This document shows, in pieces, positions 1 through 12,790 of a DNA stretch of 64,000 nt (position 1 is the first letter of the stretch; the number at the start of each line of letters is the position of its first letter). The notes under the pieces are model-generated. The model saw only the letters and a program-made list of their open reading frames with translations. It was not told where the DNA came from and made no database searches. This DNA is from Mobula hypostoma (taxonomy: Eukaryota), in NCBI RefSeq assembly GCF_963921235.1, contig NC_086097.1, positions 90,894,001-90,958,000 on the forward strand. Reading direction: 5' to 3'. The translations under genes were made by a program, and so were the position numbers.

Positions 1-375
1 CAGCACGCTTAGGTACCCATCCAGCAGGTTCAAAAACAGCTCTTACCCTTCAATCATCAGGCTCCTGAACCAGCGTAGCCAACTTCACTCACCACAACCC
101 TGAACTAATCACTGAACACAACCTATTGGCTCACTTTCAAGGACTCTGCAACTCATCTTTTCAATATCATGTGTTTATTTATTTATTTGGTTGTTTGTCA
201 CTGTTGTCTTTGTACAGTTTGTCTTCTGCACATTCCATTGTCAGTCCTGGTTTATGTTTTTATTGTATTTCTTTGTTCTATTGTCAACGCCTGCAAGAAA
301 ATGAATCTCAGGGCAGTTTTTAATGACATACTCTATATGTACTTGGATAATAAATTTACTTTGAACTTGAACTTC
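1..375 (+). mobile_element. Rex1/Babar-like LINE 3' end (degraded)
   Basis: AGGTTCAAAAACAGCTCTTACCCTTCAATCATCAGGCTCCTGAAC (RFKNS.YP..IRLLN) resembles the C-terminus of the Rex1-like ORFs at 13893-14468 and 22389-22937. Ends in ATAATAAATTTACTTTGAACTTGAACTT. Confidence 0.65.
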
Positions 376-944
376 TACCTTGTACATCAAATATTTCTTA
401 ATAGCTGGAGGTACCCTTGATCCAGCTGCTCCAACCTTTCCAAATGGTGTGCGCGACTCTGTTAATTCAGCTCAATAACCTTTTAAGGGAGTGCGTTACA
501 TATTTTTACCTTGCCCTGGGGAATGCAGTGGAAACCCCTGACTGATAACTCAATTTTTTAGGCATTAGGAGAGCACTTTCAGGCCTAAAATGACAGATGA
601 AACAAGTATACAGTTGTGGAGCTGGCCATCTTAGTTTCTATTTTAGTGAGATCAGAGAAGTGATAGGCTGCTGGAAATTTGCAGAATAGACTTATTGGTG
701 TGCTATGCTAATCCAGCGACAGATCTGACATTTTGGAAATGATTCTTTCTCTCAATGCTAGCTGGACTGGCACAAGGGAGGAATCCGCTCATAGCTTACT
801 AAAGCCATCTTCCACTTTTTAAAGGCTGGACACTGCTGGTATCTTGCTGTTGCTGGCCCCAGCTGTAGAAATCTACAGAGAGTGAGGTGGCAGGTGGAAA
901 ATATTTTCTGGCTTCACTTTCTGCACAAAGGCAAAAGCACATTG

Positions 945-1530
945 GGAGGTATTCTACTCATAGTACAAAAAGTAAAGATACTGCCTCATAGTGCCAGTCA
1001 CTTCATTTAAATCTTGATCTCCAGAGCTGTCTGAAGTGGAGATTGCATGAATTCCCTTTGACTACATATTTTCCTTCCAAATTATGCGGACTGCAAATTG
1101 CCCCTGGTGTGTAAGTAAGTGATAGATTCTGGATTTGACAAGAATGTAGCGGAGATTAGTAGGGAATGGAATTGAGAGGTGTTCCGTTTGTTGATTAGAA
1201 TTCCAGGCATCAATTGAGTTGAACAACTAATATAGCTGCTGCCTCGAAGTGTTAAAGAGTTGGGTTCAATCCTGGACATGGTACAGTTTGTGTAGAATTC
1301 ACATGTTCTCCCTGTGTCCATGTGGATTCCTACCAGGTGCTCCAGTTTCCTCCCATGTTGCAAAAACATGCAGACTGGTAGGTTTAATTGGACATTGTAA
1401 ATTACCTTTAGCATATGGGTGAGTGGTAGAATCTGGGAATACAGGGGGGAATAAAATAAGATTTGTGTAGTCTAGTATAAATGAGTGCTACATGGTCACT
1501 GCGGACCTGAAGGGTGAAGGACATTGCTTC
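945..1530 (+). mobile_element. Two adjacent degraded HE1-like (tRNA/V-domain) SINE copies
   Basis: GGTTCAATCC B-box-like motif and the core GGATTCCTACCAGGTGCTCCAGTTTCCTCCCA...GGTAGGTTTAATTGGACATTGTAAATT shared with copies at 13735, 14884 and 43754. Boundaries approximate. Confidence 0.55.
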
Positions 1531-1719
1531 CTAGGTGCCAGGATGAGGGATGTCTTGGATCAGGTCCATGGCATTCTCAAGGGCAAGGGTGAGTGGCCAG
1601 AAGTCTTGGTACATATTGGCCCTAATGATACAAGTAGGTGAGAGAAATTTTAGGGAGCTAGGTAGAAAGCTGAGAAACAGGACCCCCAGGGTGGTAATCT
1701 CTGGATTGCTGCCTGTGCC

Positions 1720-3111
1720 TGTCACACAGGCGAGGGCATTGGGAGCAAGGGTGGACCCAAATGCAAGACACCTCTTGTGAGGTTACTTAGATTTAGTTTA
1801 TTGTTCGATACCAGGAGAGCAAGGCAGGAGCAGGAAATAGCGAAATGGACAGGAACTCAGGACTACGACTAGGCTGGGACAAGGGTCTGGGCTAGGACTC
1901 GGAATCGGCTCCCAGAACTAGTGGAGACATGAAGAGGCTAGGGTATGGACTCCGAGCCAGAGACTGGGCAAGGACCCAGTACCTGGGTCTTGCCTTGGGC
2001 TCGGACCCCAGAACCAGGCATGGACATGACATGGGCTAGAGAGAGGAGGAACAAGGGAACACAGAGCCTCGGTCTGGGGAGCAGGTACATGGAACCATGG
2101 ACACATGCACAGAACACAGAGTCGGGACCCCTCCTTGGGTACAGGACATAGGGCCGGGACTCACACACAGAACAGAGAGCTGGGATCCCTCCTTGGGTAC
2201 AGGACATAGGGCCGGGACTCGCACACAGAACACAGAGTCGGGACCCCTCCTTGGGTACAGGACATAGGGCCAGGACTCATGACCCTCCGTGGGGCAACAG
2301 CAAGACGGCCTGACTTACCCCACGGAGGCGAGGACAAGACAAGACAGAACATGACCCCCCACGGGGCAACGGCAAGACGGCCTGACTTACCCCATGGATG
2401 CGAGGACAAGACAAGACAAGACCAACATGAATGAATACCAGACAGTACTTATCTAGCTCCGGTGATGGAACTAGACCAAAGTGCAGGCGGGGGCTGCAGA
2501 CAAGGGCTAGAGGTGAGGGGGCAGAGAAGGGATTCAGACAAGGGGGTATGACAGGAATCACAGACCACCAGAGCCATGACTTGACTCAGAACTGGGAAGC
2601 CTCCAGGGCCAAGATTTGACTTGGTGCTTGAATGCCGCCGGGGCCAGGACTTGACTTGGTGCTAGAATGCCGCCAGGGTCAGGACTTGACTTGGAGCCTC
2701 CGGGTAGTGGCAATCTCTCGGCTCAGCCTGGGAACAGTAGACACTGGTTCTTGATTCCCTCCGGCGGGTTAACTGACGGACCCACCTCGGTGAGGAAACT
2801 TTGCAGGCTCACTTTGGCGAGGTAACTGGACAGAGTTGCTCCGGTGAGGAAAAGGCGAATTACCGGCACTCGCTTCGGCAGGGAATAGGCTTGCTCCGGC
2901 CAGATGACATCAGCACACCATACCTTAGATGACTTTGCAGATGCTCCCCTGCTGAACGGCTGAAAGCCCAAGACTATAAACTACCGGTTCAGCTGAGTGT
3001 TAATTGCCTCTAATCAGCAAAGTCGAGGGACATGGGAAAACAGAGAATCAATGGTCCGGATCGTAACATAAACAAGCTAAATTTAAAGGGACCCCGATCC
3101 GGACCATGACA
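1720..3111 (-). mobile_element. Solo LTR (Gypsy-type), 1392 bp
   Basis: Termini TGTCA...TGACA. Perfect 5-bp TSD GTGCC (1715-1719 and 3112-3116). CR1 ORF1 resumes on both sides. AATAAA on the minus strand near 1800 suggests the orientation. Confidence 0.85.
2108..2280. repeat. 58-bp tandem repeat x3 inside the solo LTR (further short tandem blocks at about 2281-2420 and 2576-2700)
   Basis: Unit CACAGAACACAGAGTCGGGACCCCTCCTTGGGTACAGGACATAGGGCCGGGACTCACA recurs at 2108, 2166 and 2224. Confidence 0.9.
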
Positions 3112-3811
3112 GTGCCAGGTGCTAGTGAGGGTAAGAATAGGATGATTTGGCAGGTAAACTCGAGGCAGAGGAACTAGCACAGGGGGCAGAGGTTCAGATT
3201 TATGAATTATTGGGATTCTTTTAGGGAAGGTATGATCTGTGCAAAAGGTATGGGTTACACCTGAACCCGAGAGGGTCCAATATTCTTACAGGCAGGTAGC
3301 GTAGAGTTGTTCGGGTGGGTTTAAATTAACTTGGCGGGGGATGGGAACTGGAGTGATAGTGCTGAAGATAAGGTAGTTGGTTTACAAACAGAGACTATGT
3401 GTCGTGAGACTCACAGCAAGGAGAGGCTGATGATAGGGCAAAATATCAGTCAACGGGATGAGTTGCAGGGTAAAAGTTGGACAAAATTGAAAAGGGTGAA
3501 TACGGGACTGAAGGTGATATATTTCAATGTGCACAGTATATAGAATGAGGTAGATGAACTTGTAGCACAGTTACAGATTGGCACGTATGATGTTGTAGGC
3601 ATCACAATGAATCATGGCTGAAAGAAGATTATAGCTGGGAGATTAATGTACAAGGATACACGTGTCAAAAGGACAGGCATTGTTCTGTTGATAAAAAAAA
3701 TAAATTAAGAAATTAAAAAGAGGTGACAAAGGGTCAGAAGGTGTTGAGTCATTGTGGATAGAGCTAGGGAACTGCAAGGGTAAAAAGACCGTGATGGGAG
3801 CTGCATGGGAG

Positions 3812-3940
3812 TTTTGGGTCTCAGCCCAAATCATTGACTGTACTCTTTTCCATAGATGCTACCCGGCCTGCTGAGTTCCTTTAACATTTTGTGTGTGTTG
3901 CTTGGATTTCCAGCATCTGCAGATTTTCTCTTGTTTGTGA
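3812..3940 (+). mobile_element. Penelope terminal-repeat fragment inserted in CR1
   Basis: GGGTCTCAGCCCAAATCATTGACTG...AGATGCT...CTGCTGAGTTCCT...GGATTTCCAGCATCTGCAGA matches the 3' ends of the Penelope fragments at 20078-21230 and 30019-30510. Confidence 0.8.
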
Positions 3941-4093
3941 CTGGAGTTATACAGTATACAAACAGTAGTAAGGATGTGGTCTACAAATTACAACAGGAGA
4001 TAGAAAATGCATGCTGAAAGGACAATATTACAATAGTCATGGGGGATTTCAATATGCAGGTAGCTTGGGAAAATAGGGTTGGTACTAAATTTC

Positions 4094-7000
4094 TTTTTAA
4101 ATCTTTTAATTAATTTTTCAAAATTACAAACTCAATAACAAAGTTAGTACAAAGAGATTGGAAAAATGTTCAACATTTATAAAATGAATTTTAAGTAACA
4201 TAGATATAAAAAACTTCCAAACTTATAATGAGATTAAACATTAAAAAAGAAATAAAAAGAAAAAAAATATATAAACAAAAAAAACCCCAAAGGGGAAAAA
4301 AAAGAAAACCCCCAAGAAAAAAAAACAAAACAGGGCTAGACCAACAGCTTATATCAGACATGTTCAATAATGTCGTTAACTCCGCTCCTCTCCTCATATA
4401 ATTTAAGTTTAGAAAAAAGATTCGGAAAGGTCAGATTGCATCATATGAAAATGTTGCATAAAAGGTTTCCAAGTTTCCTCAAATTTAACTGAAGGGTCAA
4501 AAATATCACTTCTAATTTTTTCTAAATTTAAACTTAATCTGGTTTGAGAAAACCATTGGAATGTAGTTGGAGGATTAGTTTCCTTCCAGTTCAACAAAAT
4601 AGATCTTCTCGCCATTAAAGTAACAAAAGCTATCATTTGACAGGCTGAAGAAGACAAAGATCTATGTTCTACCATTGGCAATCCAAAGATTGCCGTAATA
4701 GGATTTGGTTTTAAATCAAAGCATAGAACTGTTGAAATAATATCAAAAATGTCTTTCCAATATTTTTCCAAAAAAGGACAGGACCAAAACATATGAGTTA
4801 AAGAAGCCACTTCAGAGTGACATCTATCACAAGTAGGGTTTATATGGAAATAAAAATGAGCTAGTTTATCTTTGGACATATGAGCTCTGTGTACTACTTT
4901 AAATTGTATTAAAGTATGTTTAGCACATATAGAAGAAGTACTAACTAATTGAAAAATTTTATCCCATTTCTCTGTAAGTAGGGAAAGTTGAAGTTCCCTT
5001 TCCCATTCATTTTTAATTTTGTCAGATATATCTGGCTGTAATTTCATAATTATATCATAAATTATTGCTATTAATCCCTTCTGCAAAGGATTAAAGCCTA
5101 AAATTTTATCAAGGGTGCCAGAAGGATTGGAAGTCAGAAAGGTAGGCAACATAATATTTAAAAAATTTCTTATTTGTAAGTATCTAAAAAAATGGGACCT
5201 AGGCAAATCAAATTTCTCAGATAACTGCTCAAAAGACATAAAGCAGTTATCCAAAAATAAATCGCGAAAACATATTATGCCTTTCGTTTTCCATATCAAA
5301 AAGGCTTGGTCCATTACCGAAGGTTGGAAAAAAAATTAGACATAATAGGACTTGATAACATAAATTCATTCAGGCCAAAAAATTTATGAACTTGAAACCA
5401 TATTCGCAATGTATGTTTAACTATAGGGTTGAAAATTTGTTTGTTCAATTTAGATAGTGCAAAAGGCAATGAAGTTCCTAAAATGGAGGCTAAAGAAAAC
5501 CCTTGTACAGAATAGCCTTCAAGGTTTAAGCAATGTGGGCTTGGAGTTATATTCCAATCTTGTGTCCAAAATATTAGGTATCGGATATTAATTGCCCAAT
5601 AGTAAAATCTTAGGACAGACAGTGCCAAACCACCTTCTTTCTTAGATTTCTGTAAATATTTTTTACTTAATCTGGGATTTCTATTTTGCCATATATAAGA
5701 AGAAAATTTATAGTCAATAATATCAAAAAAAGATTTAGGAATAAAAATCGGTATCGCTTGAAATAAATATAAAAATTTGGGTGAAATAATCATTTTAAAA
5801 GCATTAATACGGCCAATCAATGATAGAGACAAAGGGGACCATTTAGTAATCAGTTGTTTAACCTGATTAATTAACGGTAAAAGGTTGAAATTGAATAGAT
5901 CCTTATGTCCCTTAGTAATTTTAACTCCCAAATAAGTAAAATAATCAGTAATCAATCTCAATGGAGAATTTCTATAAATAGGAACCTGCATATTTAATGG
6001 AAAGAGTTCACTCTTAATTAGGTTCAGTTTATAACCAGAAAAGCTACTAAACTGGGCAAGCAAAGTTAATACTGCCGGAATAGATTTTCCTGGGTTAGAA
6101 ATATATAATAGTAGATCATCTGCATGTAGTGATAATTTATGAGTCTCATTTCCACGAGTAATACCAAATATATTAGGAGAGTCACGAATGGCAATAGCTA
6201 GCGGTTCCAAAGCAATATCAAATAGTAATGGACTAAGAGGGCAGCCCTGCCTAGTACCACGGAATAAATGAAAAAAAGGGGATCTTTGGTTGTTAGTAAA
6301 TACCGAGGCCAAAGGGGTAAAATATATCAGTTTAATCCAGGAAATGAATATCGGACTAAAATTGAATTTCTCAAGGGTATTAAATAAATATACCCATTCA
6401 ACTCTATCAAAAGCTTTTTCAGCATCCAATGAAATGACACATTCTGGAATTTTGGGTGAAGGCGTATAAACGATATTCATTAATCTCCTAATATTAAAAA
6501 AAGAGTAACGATTTTTAATAAATCCAGTTTGATCAGCAGAAATAATTTGGGGTAATACATTCTCCAATCTCGTTGCCAATATTTTAGAAAAAATCTTAGA
6601 ATCAACATACAGCAGAGATATAGGCCTATAAGATGCGCATTCAGTAGGATTCTTATCTTTTTTAAGAATTAAGGAAATAGAAGCTCGATAGAAAGATTGT
6701 GGTAATTTACCTATTGAAACTGCATCCCTAAAAACGCTACATAGCCAAGGAGTTAGTGTAGTTGAGAAAAATTTAAAAAATTCTACTGTAAATCCATCTG
6801 GACCAGGTGCTTTACCTGAATTCATTGAAAAAATAGCATTCTTTATTTCCTCTACAGTAATAGGTATATCTAGTTTTGAATGTTCTTTAGATGATAATTT
6901 TGGAATATTCAATTTCTTAAAAAATTCATACGTTATAGTGGAGTCATCAGGAAATTCTGATTGATAAAGGGAGGTATAAAATTCTTGAAAGGATTTATTA

Positions 7001-8297
7001 ATCTCATCATAGTCAACGGTCAAAGTGCCATCTTGTTTACGAATTTTAAGAATCTGTCATTTAACTGAGGCCGATTTCAATTGATTAGCTAAAAGTTTCC
7101 CAGTTTTATCACCATGTATATAAAATTGACTCTTAGTTTTGATTAATTGACTTTCAATTGAAGATGATAATAAAAGGTTATGTTCCATTTGAAGTTCAAC
7201 TTCTGTTTATAAAGTTCTTGATTAGGAGCTATAGAGTATTTCTTATCAACTTCTTTAATCTTGTTACCCAGTTTAAGTATTTCCTCATTAGTTCACTTTT
7301 TTAGTCCAGCAGAGTATGAAATAATTTGTCCACGAATATATACTTTAAAAGTATCCCAGAGGATCCCACTGGAAATATCATCCGTGGAATTCGTTGTAAA
7401 GAAAAACTTAATCTGTTCATCAATAAACCTAACAAAATCTGAATCTTGAAGCAAAGAGATATTAAATCTCCATTGTCTAGAATTATTAGATATATCCCTT
7501 AAGTTGAAAAATAATTTCAACGGTGCATGGTCAGAAACAGCAATAGAATCATATTCACAACTCGTAACAAAAGGAATTAATCGAGAGTCAATAAGAAAAT
7601 AGTCAATTCTTGAATAATGCTGATGTACATGTGAAAAAAAAGAGAACTCTTTGTCATTCGGATACAAGAATCTCCAAATTTCTGAAATTCCAGAGTTAAT
7701 CATAAAAGAATTAATAAGGGTAGCCGATTTATTCGGAAGTGCTTGATTAAACTTGAATCTATCTATCAAAGGGTTTAAACAACAATTAAAATCACCACCC
7801 ATAATCAGCATATAGTCATTTAAATTGGGAAGAGATGTGAGGAGATTCTTGAAAAAATCAGGACAGTCAACATTTGGGACATAAACATTGAGCATGGCAA
7901 CTTTTTTGTTAAATAACAAACCAGTAATCAATAAAAATCTGCCATTAGAATCTGAAATCATCTCATGTTGCGTAAATGAAATTGACGAATCTATAAATAT
8001 AGAAATGCCTTTTACTTTAGCTCGTGAATTCGCATGATACTGTTTGTCCTTCCAGAATCTAAAGAAATGTTGATTATCGTCTTTCTGGACATGAGTTTCT
8101 TGTACAAAAATAATATGAGCATTCATCCTGTGTAATACTTTAAAAATTTTCTTCCGTTTAACCTGGTGGTTTAACAAATTTGTATTCCAAGAAACTAAAT
8201 TAATGGTCTTATCCATCATAATGAGCTGGAGTATAAAGAATGTAAAGGGTTAACCAGAGTAGAGACTCATGACCCCGGAAGAGGAAAAAAGGTCCAA
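4094..8297 (-). mobile_element. L1-clade LINE, 5'-truncated just upstream of ORF2, AT-rich
   Basis: 13-bp TSD GGTACTAAATTTC (4081-4093) / GGTATTAAATTTC (8298-8310). A-rich 3' end on the minus strand. Carries ORF2 in frameshifted pieces. Confidence 0.93.
4409..8219 (-). pseudogene. L1 ORF2 (APE endonuclease, reverse transcriptase, CCHC zinc finger), frameshifted
   Basis: ORF 7293-8219: SWN, QETH, GGDFN, SRIDY, SDH. ORF 5314-7023: KAPGPDG, YRPISLL, DAEKAFD, QGCPLSP, HADD (in place of YADD), YLG. ORF 4409-5314: CDRC...HMFWSC. Confidence 0.93.
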
Positions 8298-11200
8298 GGT
8301 ATTAAATTTCAAGAGGAGGAGTTTCTAGAACGCCTATAAGATGGCATATTAGAGTAGCTTGTGATTGAGCCCACTAGGGGATCAGCTATTTTGGATTGGG
8401 AGTTGTACAATGAACTGGAATTGATTAGAGAGCTTAAGGTAAGAGAACCCTTAGGGGAATGTGATCATAATATGATAGAGTTCACCTTGAAATTTGAGAA
8501 GGAGAAGCTAAAGTTAGATGTATCAGTATTACAGTTAAGCAAAGGGAATTAGAGGCATGATAGAGGAGTTGGCCAGAATTAATTGGAAAAGAACACTGGC
8601 AGGGATGACAGAGGGCAGCAGCGGCTAGAATTTCTGGAAGCAATTCAGAAGATACAGGATATATACATCCCAAAGAGGAAGAGGTATTCTAAAAGCAAGA
8701 TGGCTCAACTGTGGCTAACAAGAGAAGTCAAAGCCGACAAAAAAGCCAGAGAGGGCATAAAATAGAGCATAAATTATTGGCAAGTTAGAGGATAGGGAAG
8801 CTTTCAAATACCAACAGAAGGCAACTGAGAAAGTCATTAAGAAGGTAAAGATAGGATGCAAAAGTAAGCTACCCAATAATATTAAAGAGGATACCAAAAG
8901 TTTCTTCAGATACGTAAACTGTAAAACAGTGGATACTGGACCACTGGAAAACTATGCTGGAGAGGTAGTAATGGGGGACAACGGAAAAGAGGACAAACTG
9001 AATAAGTATTTTGCATCAGTCTTCACTGTGGAAGACACTAGTGGTATGGTGGAAGTTCCAGGGGTCATGAAGTGTGCAAAGTTACCATAACTAGAGAAAA
9101 GGTTCTTGGGAAACTGAAAGGTCTGAAGGTAGATAAGTCACATGGACCAGATGGAGTACACCTCAGAGTTCTGAAAGAGGTAGATAAAGAGATTCTGGAG
9201 GCATTAGTAATGATCTTTCAAGAATCACTAGATTCTGGAATGGTTCTGGAAGACTGGAAAATTGCAAATGTCACTCCTCTCTTCAAAAAGTGAGAGAGGT
9301 AGGAAAAAGGAAACTATAGGTTAGTTAGTCTGAACTCAATGGTTGGAAAGATGTTGGAATCGATTGTTAAGGGTGTGGTTTTGGTGTACTTGGAGGCAAA
9401 TGATAAAATAGGCCATAGACAGCATGGTTTCCTCAAGAGAAAATCTTGCCTGACAAATCTATTGGAATTCTTTGAAGAAATAACAAGCCAAATAGACAAA
9501 GGAGAATTGGTGGATGTTGTGTACTTGGATTTTCAAAAGGCCTTTGACAAGGAGCCGCATATGAGGCTGCTTAACAAACTACAAGTCCATGGTATTACAG
9601 GAAAGATTCTAGCATGGATAGAGCAGTGGCTGACTGGCAGGAGACAAAGAGTGGGAATAAAGGGAGCCTTTTCTGGTTGGTTGCCGGTGACTGATGGTGT
9701 TTCACAGGGGTCTGTGTTGAGGCTGATTCTTTTTACATTATATGTCAGTGATTTGGATGAAGGAATTGATGGCTTTGTTGCAAAATTTGCAGATGATACT
9801 AAGATAGATGGAAGGACAGGTAATTCTGAGGAAGTAAAGAGGCTACAGAAGGGCAGACAGATTAGGAGAATGTGCAAAGAAATAGCAGATGGAATACAGT
9901 GTTAGGAATTGTATGGTCATGCACTTTGGTAGAAGATGTGAAAGAGTTGACTATTTTCTAAATGGAGAGAAAATGCAAAAATCTGAAGTGCAAAGGGAAT
10001 TTGGAGTCCTTGTGCAGGATTCCCTAAAGTTTAATTTGCATTCGAGCCTGTGGTGAGGAAGGCAAATGCAATGTTAGCATTCATTTCAAGAGGACAGAAA
10101 TATAAAAGCAAGGATGTAATGTTGAACCTTTATAAAGCACTAGTGAGGCCTCACTTGGAGTATTGTGAGCAGTTTCAGGCTCCTTATGTTAGAAACGATG
10201 TGCTAAAACTGGAGATGGTTCAAAGGAGGTTCATGAAAATTATTTCAGGTTTGAATGGCTTATCTTATGAAGAGTGTATAATGGCTCTGGGACTGCATTC
10301 ACTGGAATTCAGAAGAATGAGGGTTGACCTCATTGAAACCTATCGGATTGTGAAAGGCCTTGACAGAGTGATGTGGAAAGGATGTTTCCTATGGTGGAAG
10401 AGTCTAAGAACAGAGAAAACAGCCCCAGAATAGAGCTGCATCCTTTTAGAATGGAGATGAGTAGGAATTTACTGAGCTGGGGAGTGGTGAATCTGTGGAA
10501 TTCATTGCCACAGGCAAGTGTGGAGGCCAAGCTTGTATATATATTCAAGGCAGAAGTCGATAGATTCTTGATTGGTCAGGGCATGAAGGGATCTGGGAGG
10601 GTGGCAGGGGATTGGGTTTGAGAGGAAAAATGAATCAGCCATGATCGAATACAGAGCAGACTTGATGGGCCAAATGGCCTAATTCTGCTTCTGTATCTTA
10701 TGGTCTTATAGCCATGCTCCCTCGATGTAGAAATCTATCACTTCAGAGCAGTCAATGTATTATCCTTTTGTGCTTTCTTCCTTCGCCTGTTCTAGTGTTC
10801 CAAAACAACGCACTGGATGGTGTTAAAATTCAGTGGAGGTGATTAGAGGTATTCTGGAGCTGACCTCCAAGCTTCTCAGGGCTGGACACTGCATCCCCCA
10901 GCAATCAGACCCCTCGACAAGAAGCAGCATGGGGAGCGGGCAGAGTGGCTATGTTTGGAGCGCAGGTGTGGCCTTCTTGAGGAAGTGCAACAGGTCCGAG
11001 CTCTGCACTCTCCCAAGCAGCAACTCAGAAGCACTAATAACCATTTGGAACCCTCTGCAAAGCCCATTTAATAATATTAATGACCAGTGATGGACAGTGC
11101 AATCTGAGCTTTGAAAGCAGCAGGGTGAGTTTGCATAGTCTGAACTTGCATGGCTATACACAAGAAGGCTGTCTCCACCTGGTAATGGAAGCTTTATCAT

Positions 11201-11321
11201 TGTTATAAAGGCATTGTAGTGTGGTTTAGTTCACCAGGGTGTCCAAATGACCGGCATCGATTCTGTGATGGGAGGTTGGGTTCTGGGCTCCAGCCCAGAA
11301 AAAGGTCAGTCAGCCAGTCAT

Positions 11322-11435
11322 AAATACAAGAGATTCTGCAGATGCTGGAAATCCAGAGTAACACACGCAAAATGCTGGAGGAACTCATCTGGTCAAGCAG
11401 CATCTCTGTAGAGGAATAAAGAGCCAACGCTTCCG
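11322..11435 (-). mobile_element. Penelope terminal-repeat fragment
   Basis: ACAAGAGATTCTGCAGATGCTGGAAATCC...AAAATGCTGGAGGAACTCA is the reverse complement of the family tail. Confidence 0.75.
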
Positions 11436-11534
11436 GTCAGTCTGTCATACGGGTTCCCATTAGTCTTTATTTCCATGTGTACCTGCAGCCTCTCATATGC
11501 CATTCAAGCTCTCCAGACTCCCTTGCCGCCTCAT

Positions 11535-12100
11535 ACCATATAACCATATAACAATTACAGCACAGAAACAAGCCATCTCGGCCCTTCTAGTCCGTGCCGA
11601 ACGCTACTCTCACCTAGTCCCGCCGACCTGCACTCAGCCCATAACCCTCCATTCCTTTCCTGTCCATATAGCTATCCAATTTTACTTTAAATGACAACAT
11701 CAAACCTGCCTCAACCACTTCTGCTGGAAGCTCGTTCCACACAGCTACCACTCTCTGAGTAAAGAAGTTACCCCTCATGTTACTCCTAAACTTTTGCCCT
11801 TTAACTCTTAACTCATGTCCTCTCGTTTGAATCTCCCCCACTCTTAATGGAAAAATCCTATCCACGTCAACTCTATCTATCCCCCTCATAATTTTAAATC
11901 AAGTCCCCCCTCAACCTTCTACGCTCCAAAGAATAAAGGCCCAACTTGTTCAACCTTTCTCTGTAACTTAGGAGATGAAACCCAGGTAACATTCTAGTAA
12001 ATCTTCTCTGTACTCTCTCTATTTTGTTGACATCTTTCCTATAATTTGGTGACCAGAACTGTACACAATACTCCAAATTTGGCCTTACCAATGCCTTGTA
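11535..12100 (-). mobile_element. Young 5'-truncated CR1 LINE
   Basis: ORFs 11614-11889 and 11894-12091 ([44 protein letters not shown]). Tail (TTATATGG)n. Closely similar to 63035-64000. Confidence 0.92.
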
Positions 12101-12109
12101 TAGACAATG

Positions 12110-12320
12110 GGTAATTTATTTACATTAACTTACCAGGACTGTGGTGCAGGAGGAACCAGAGCACCGTGAGGAAATCCACGTGGTAATGCAAAAGGTCATG
12201 CAAACCCCTGCACAGTCAGTGCTGGTGGTCGGGATTACCCCATCACCCCCCCTTCCCCAGGGTGGTTGTGGCCATAAGGGAGCAGCACTACCCACTGAAC
12301 CACTAGGCTGATACCAGCAT
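12110..12320 (-). mobile_element. Degraded HE1-like SINE
   Basis: GGAGGAACCAGAGCACCGTGAGGAAATCCAC is the reverse complement of the SINE core. Confidence 0.5.
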
Positions 12321-12559
12321 TGCTCACTGACCGCTGCATAGCCCCCTCAAAGCATCTGACGTTTCCTTGTACAACTCTAGCAGCCTTCTTCTGTGGTCTT
12401 CCTCTGACCCAAAGCTCCTGCATCAGACTATCTGTACAATCCTACCCTCTGGTGACCTGGCTGCATGTGACTTCTGCCTGGGATCTTCCCGTGGTAGATC
12501 CCACCTCGTGCTATCATTGAAATGGTCTCAGTGATGTTGTGCCAGAATCACTGTGGGCA

Positions 12560-12790
12560 TCAATAGACAATAGACAATAGGTGCAGGAGTAGGCCATTCA
12601 GCCCTTCGAGCCAGCAGCCCCATTCACTGTGATCATGGCTGATCATCCACAAACAGTATCCAGTTCCTGCCTTATCCCCATAACCTTTGATTCTGCTATC
12701 TTTAAGAGCTCTATCCATCTCTTTCTTGAAAGCATCCAGAGACTTGGTCTCCACAGCCTTCTGGGGCAGAGCATTCCATGTATCCATCTC
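12560..12790 (-). mobile_element. CR1 3' end fragment
   Basis: ORF WNALPQKAVE...FKKEMDR...GYG and tail (CTATTGT)n. Confidence 0.85.

Larger units (their letters stand above)
1531..10710 (+). mobile_element. Long CR1 LINE (ORF1 SGNH-esterase part plus ORF2 endonuclease/RT), disrupted and interrupted by three insertions
   Basis: Esterase-like GARMRDV and GLHLN remnants at 1531-1719 and 3112-3330. Endonuclease remnant IVMGDFN near 4030. RT motifs QHGF, YLDFQKAFD and FADD in ORF 9339-9905, and VRPHLEYC in ORF 10050-10433. Tail TCTTATGGTCTTAT at about 10710. May be a composite of two CR1 copies. Confidence 0.9.

Noticed and set aside
2108..2700. CRISPR-like repeat array
   Set aside because: The units are head-to-tail with no unique spacers, lie inside a solo LTR, and the DNA is eukaryotic.
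10795..11123. Coding exon or ORF 10833-11090
   Set aside because: The acceptor and donor are plausible, but all frames from the acceptor hit early stops and the ORF has no recognisable homology.
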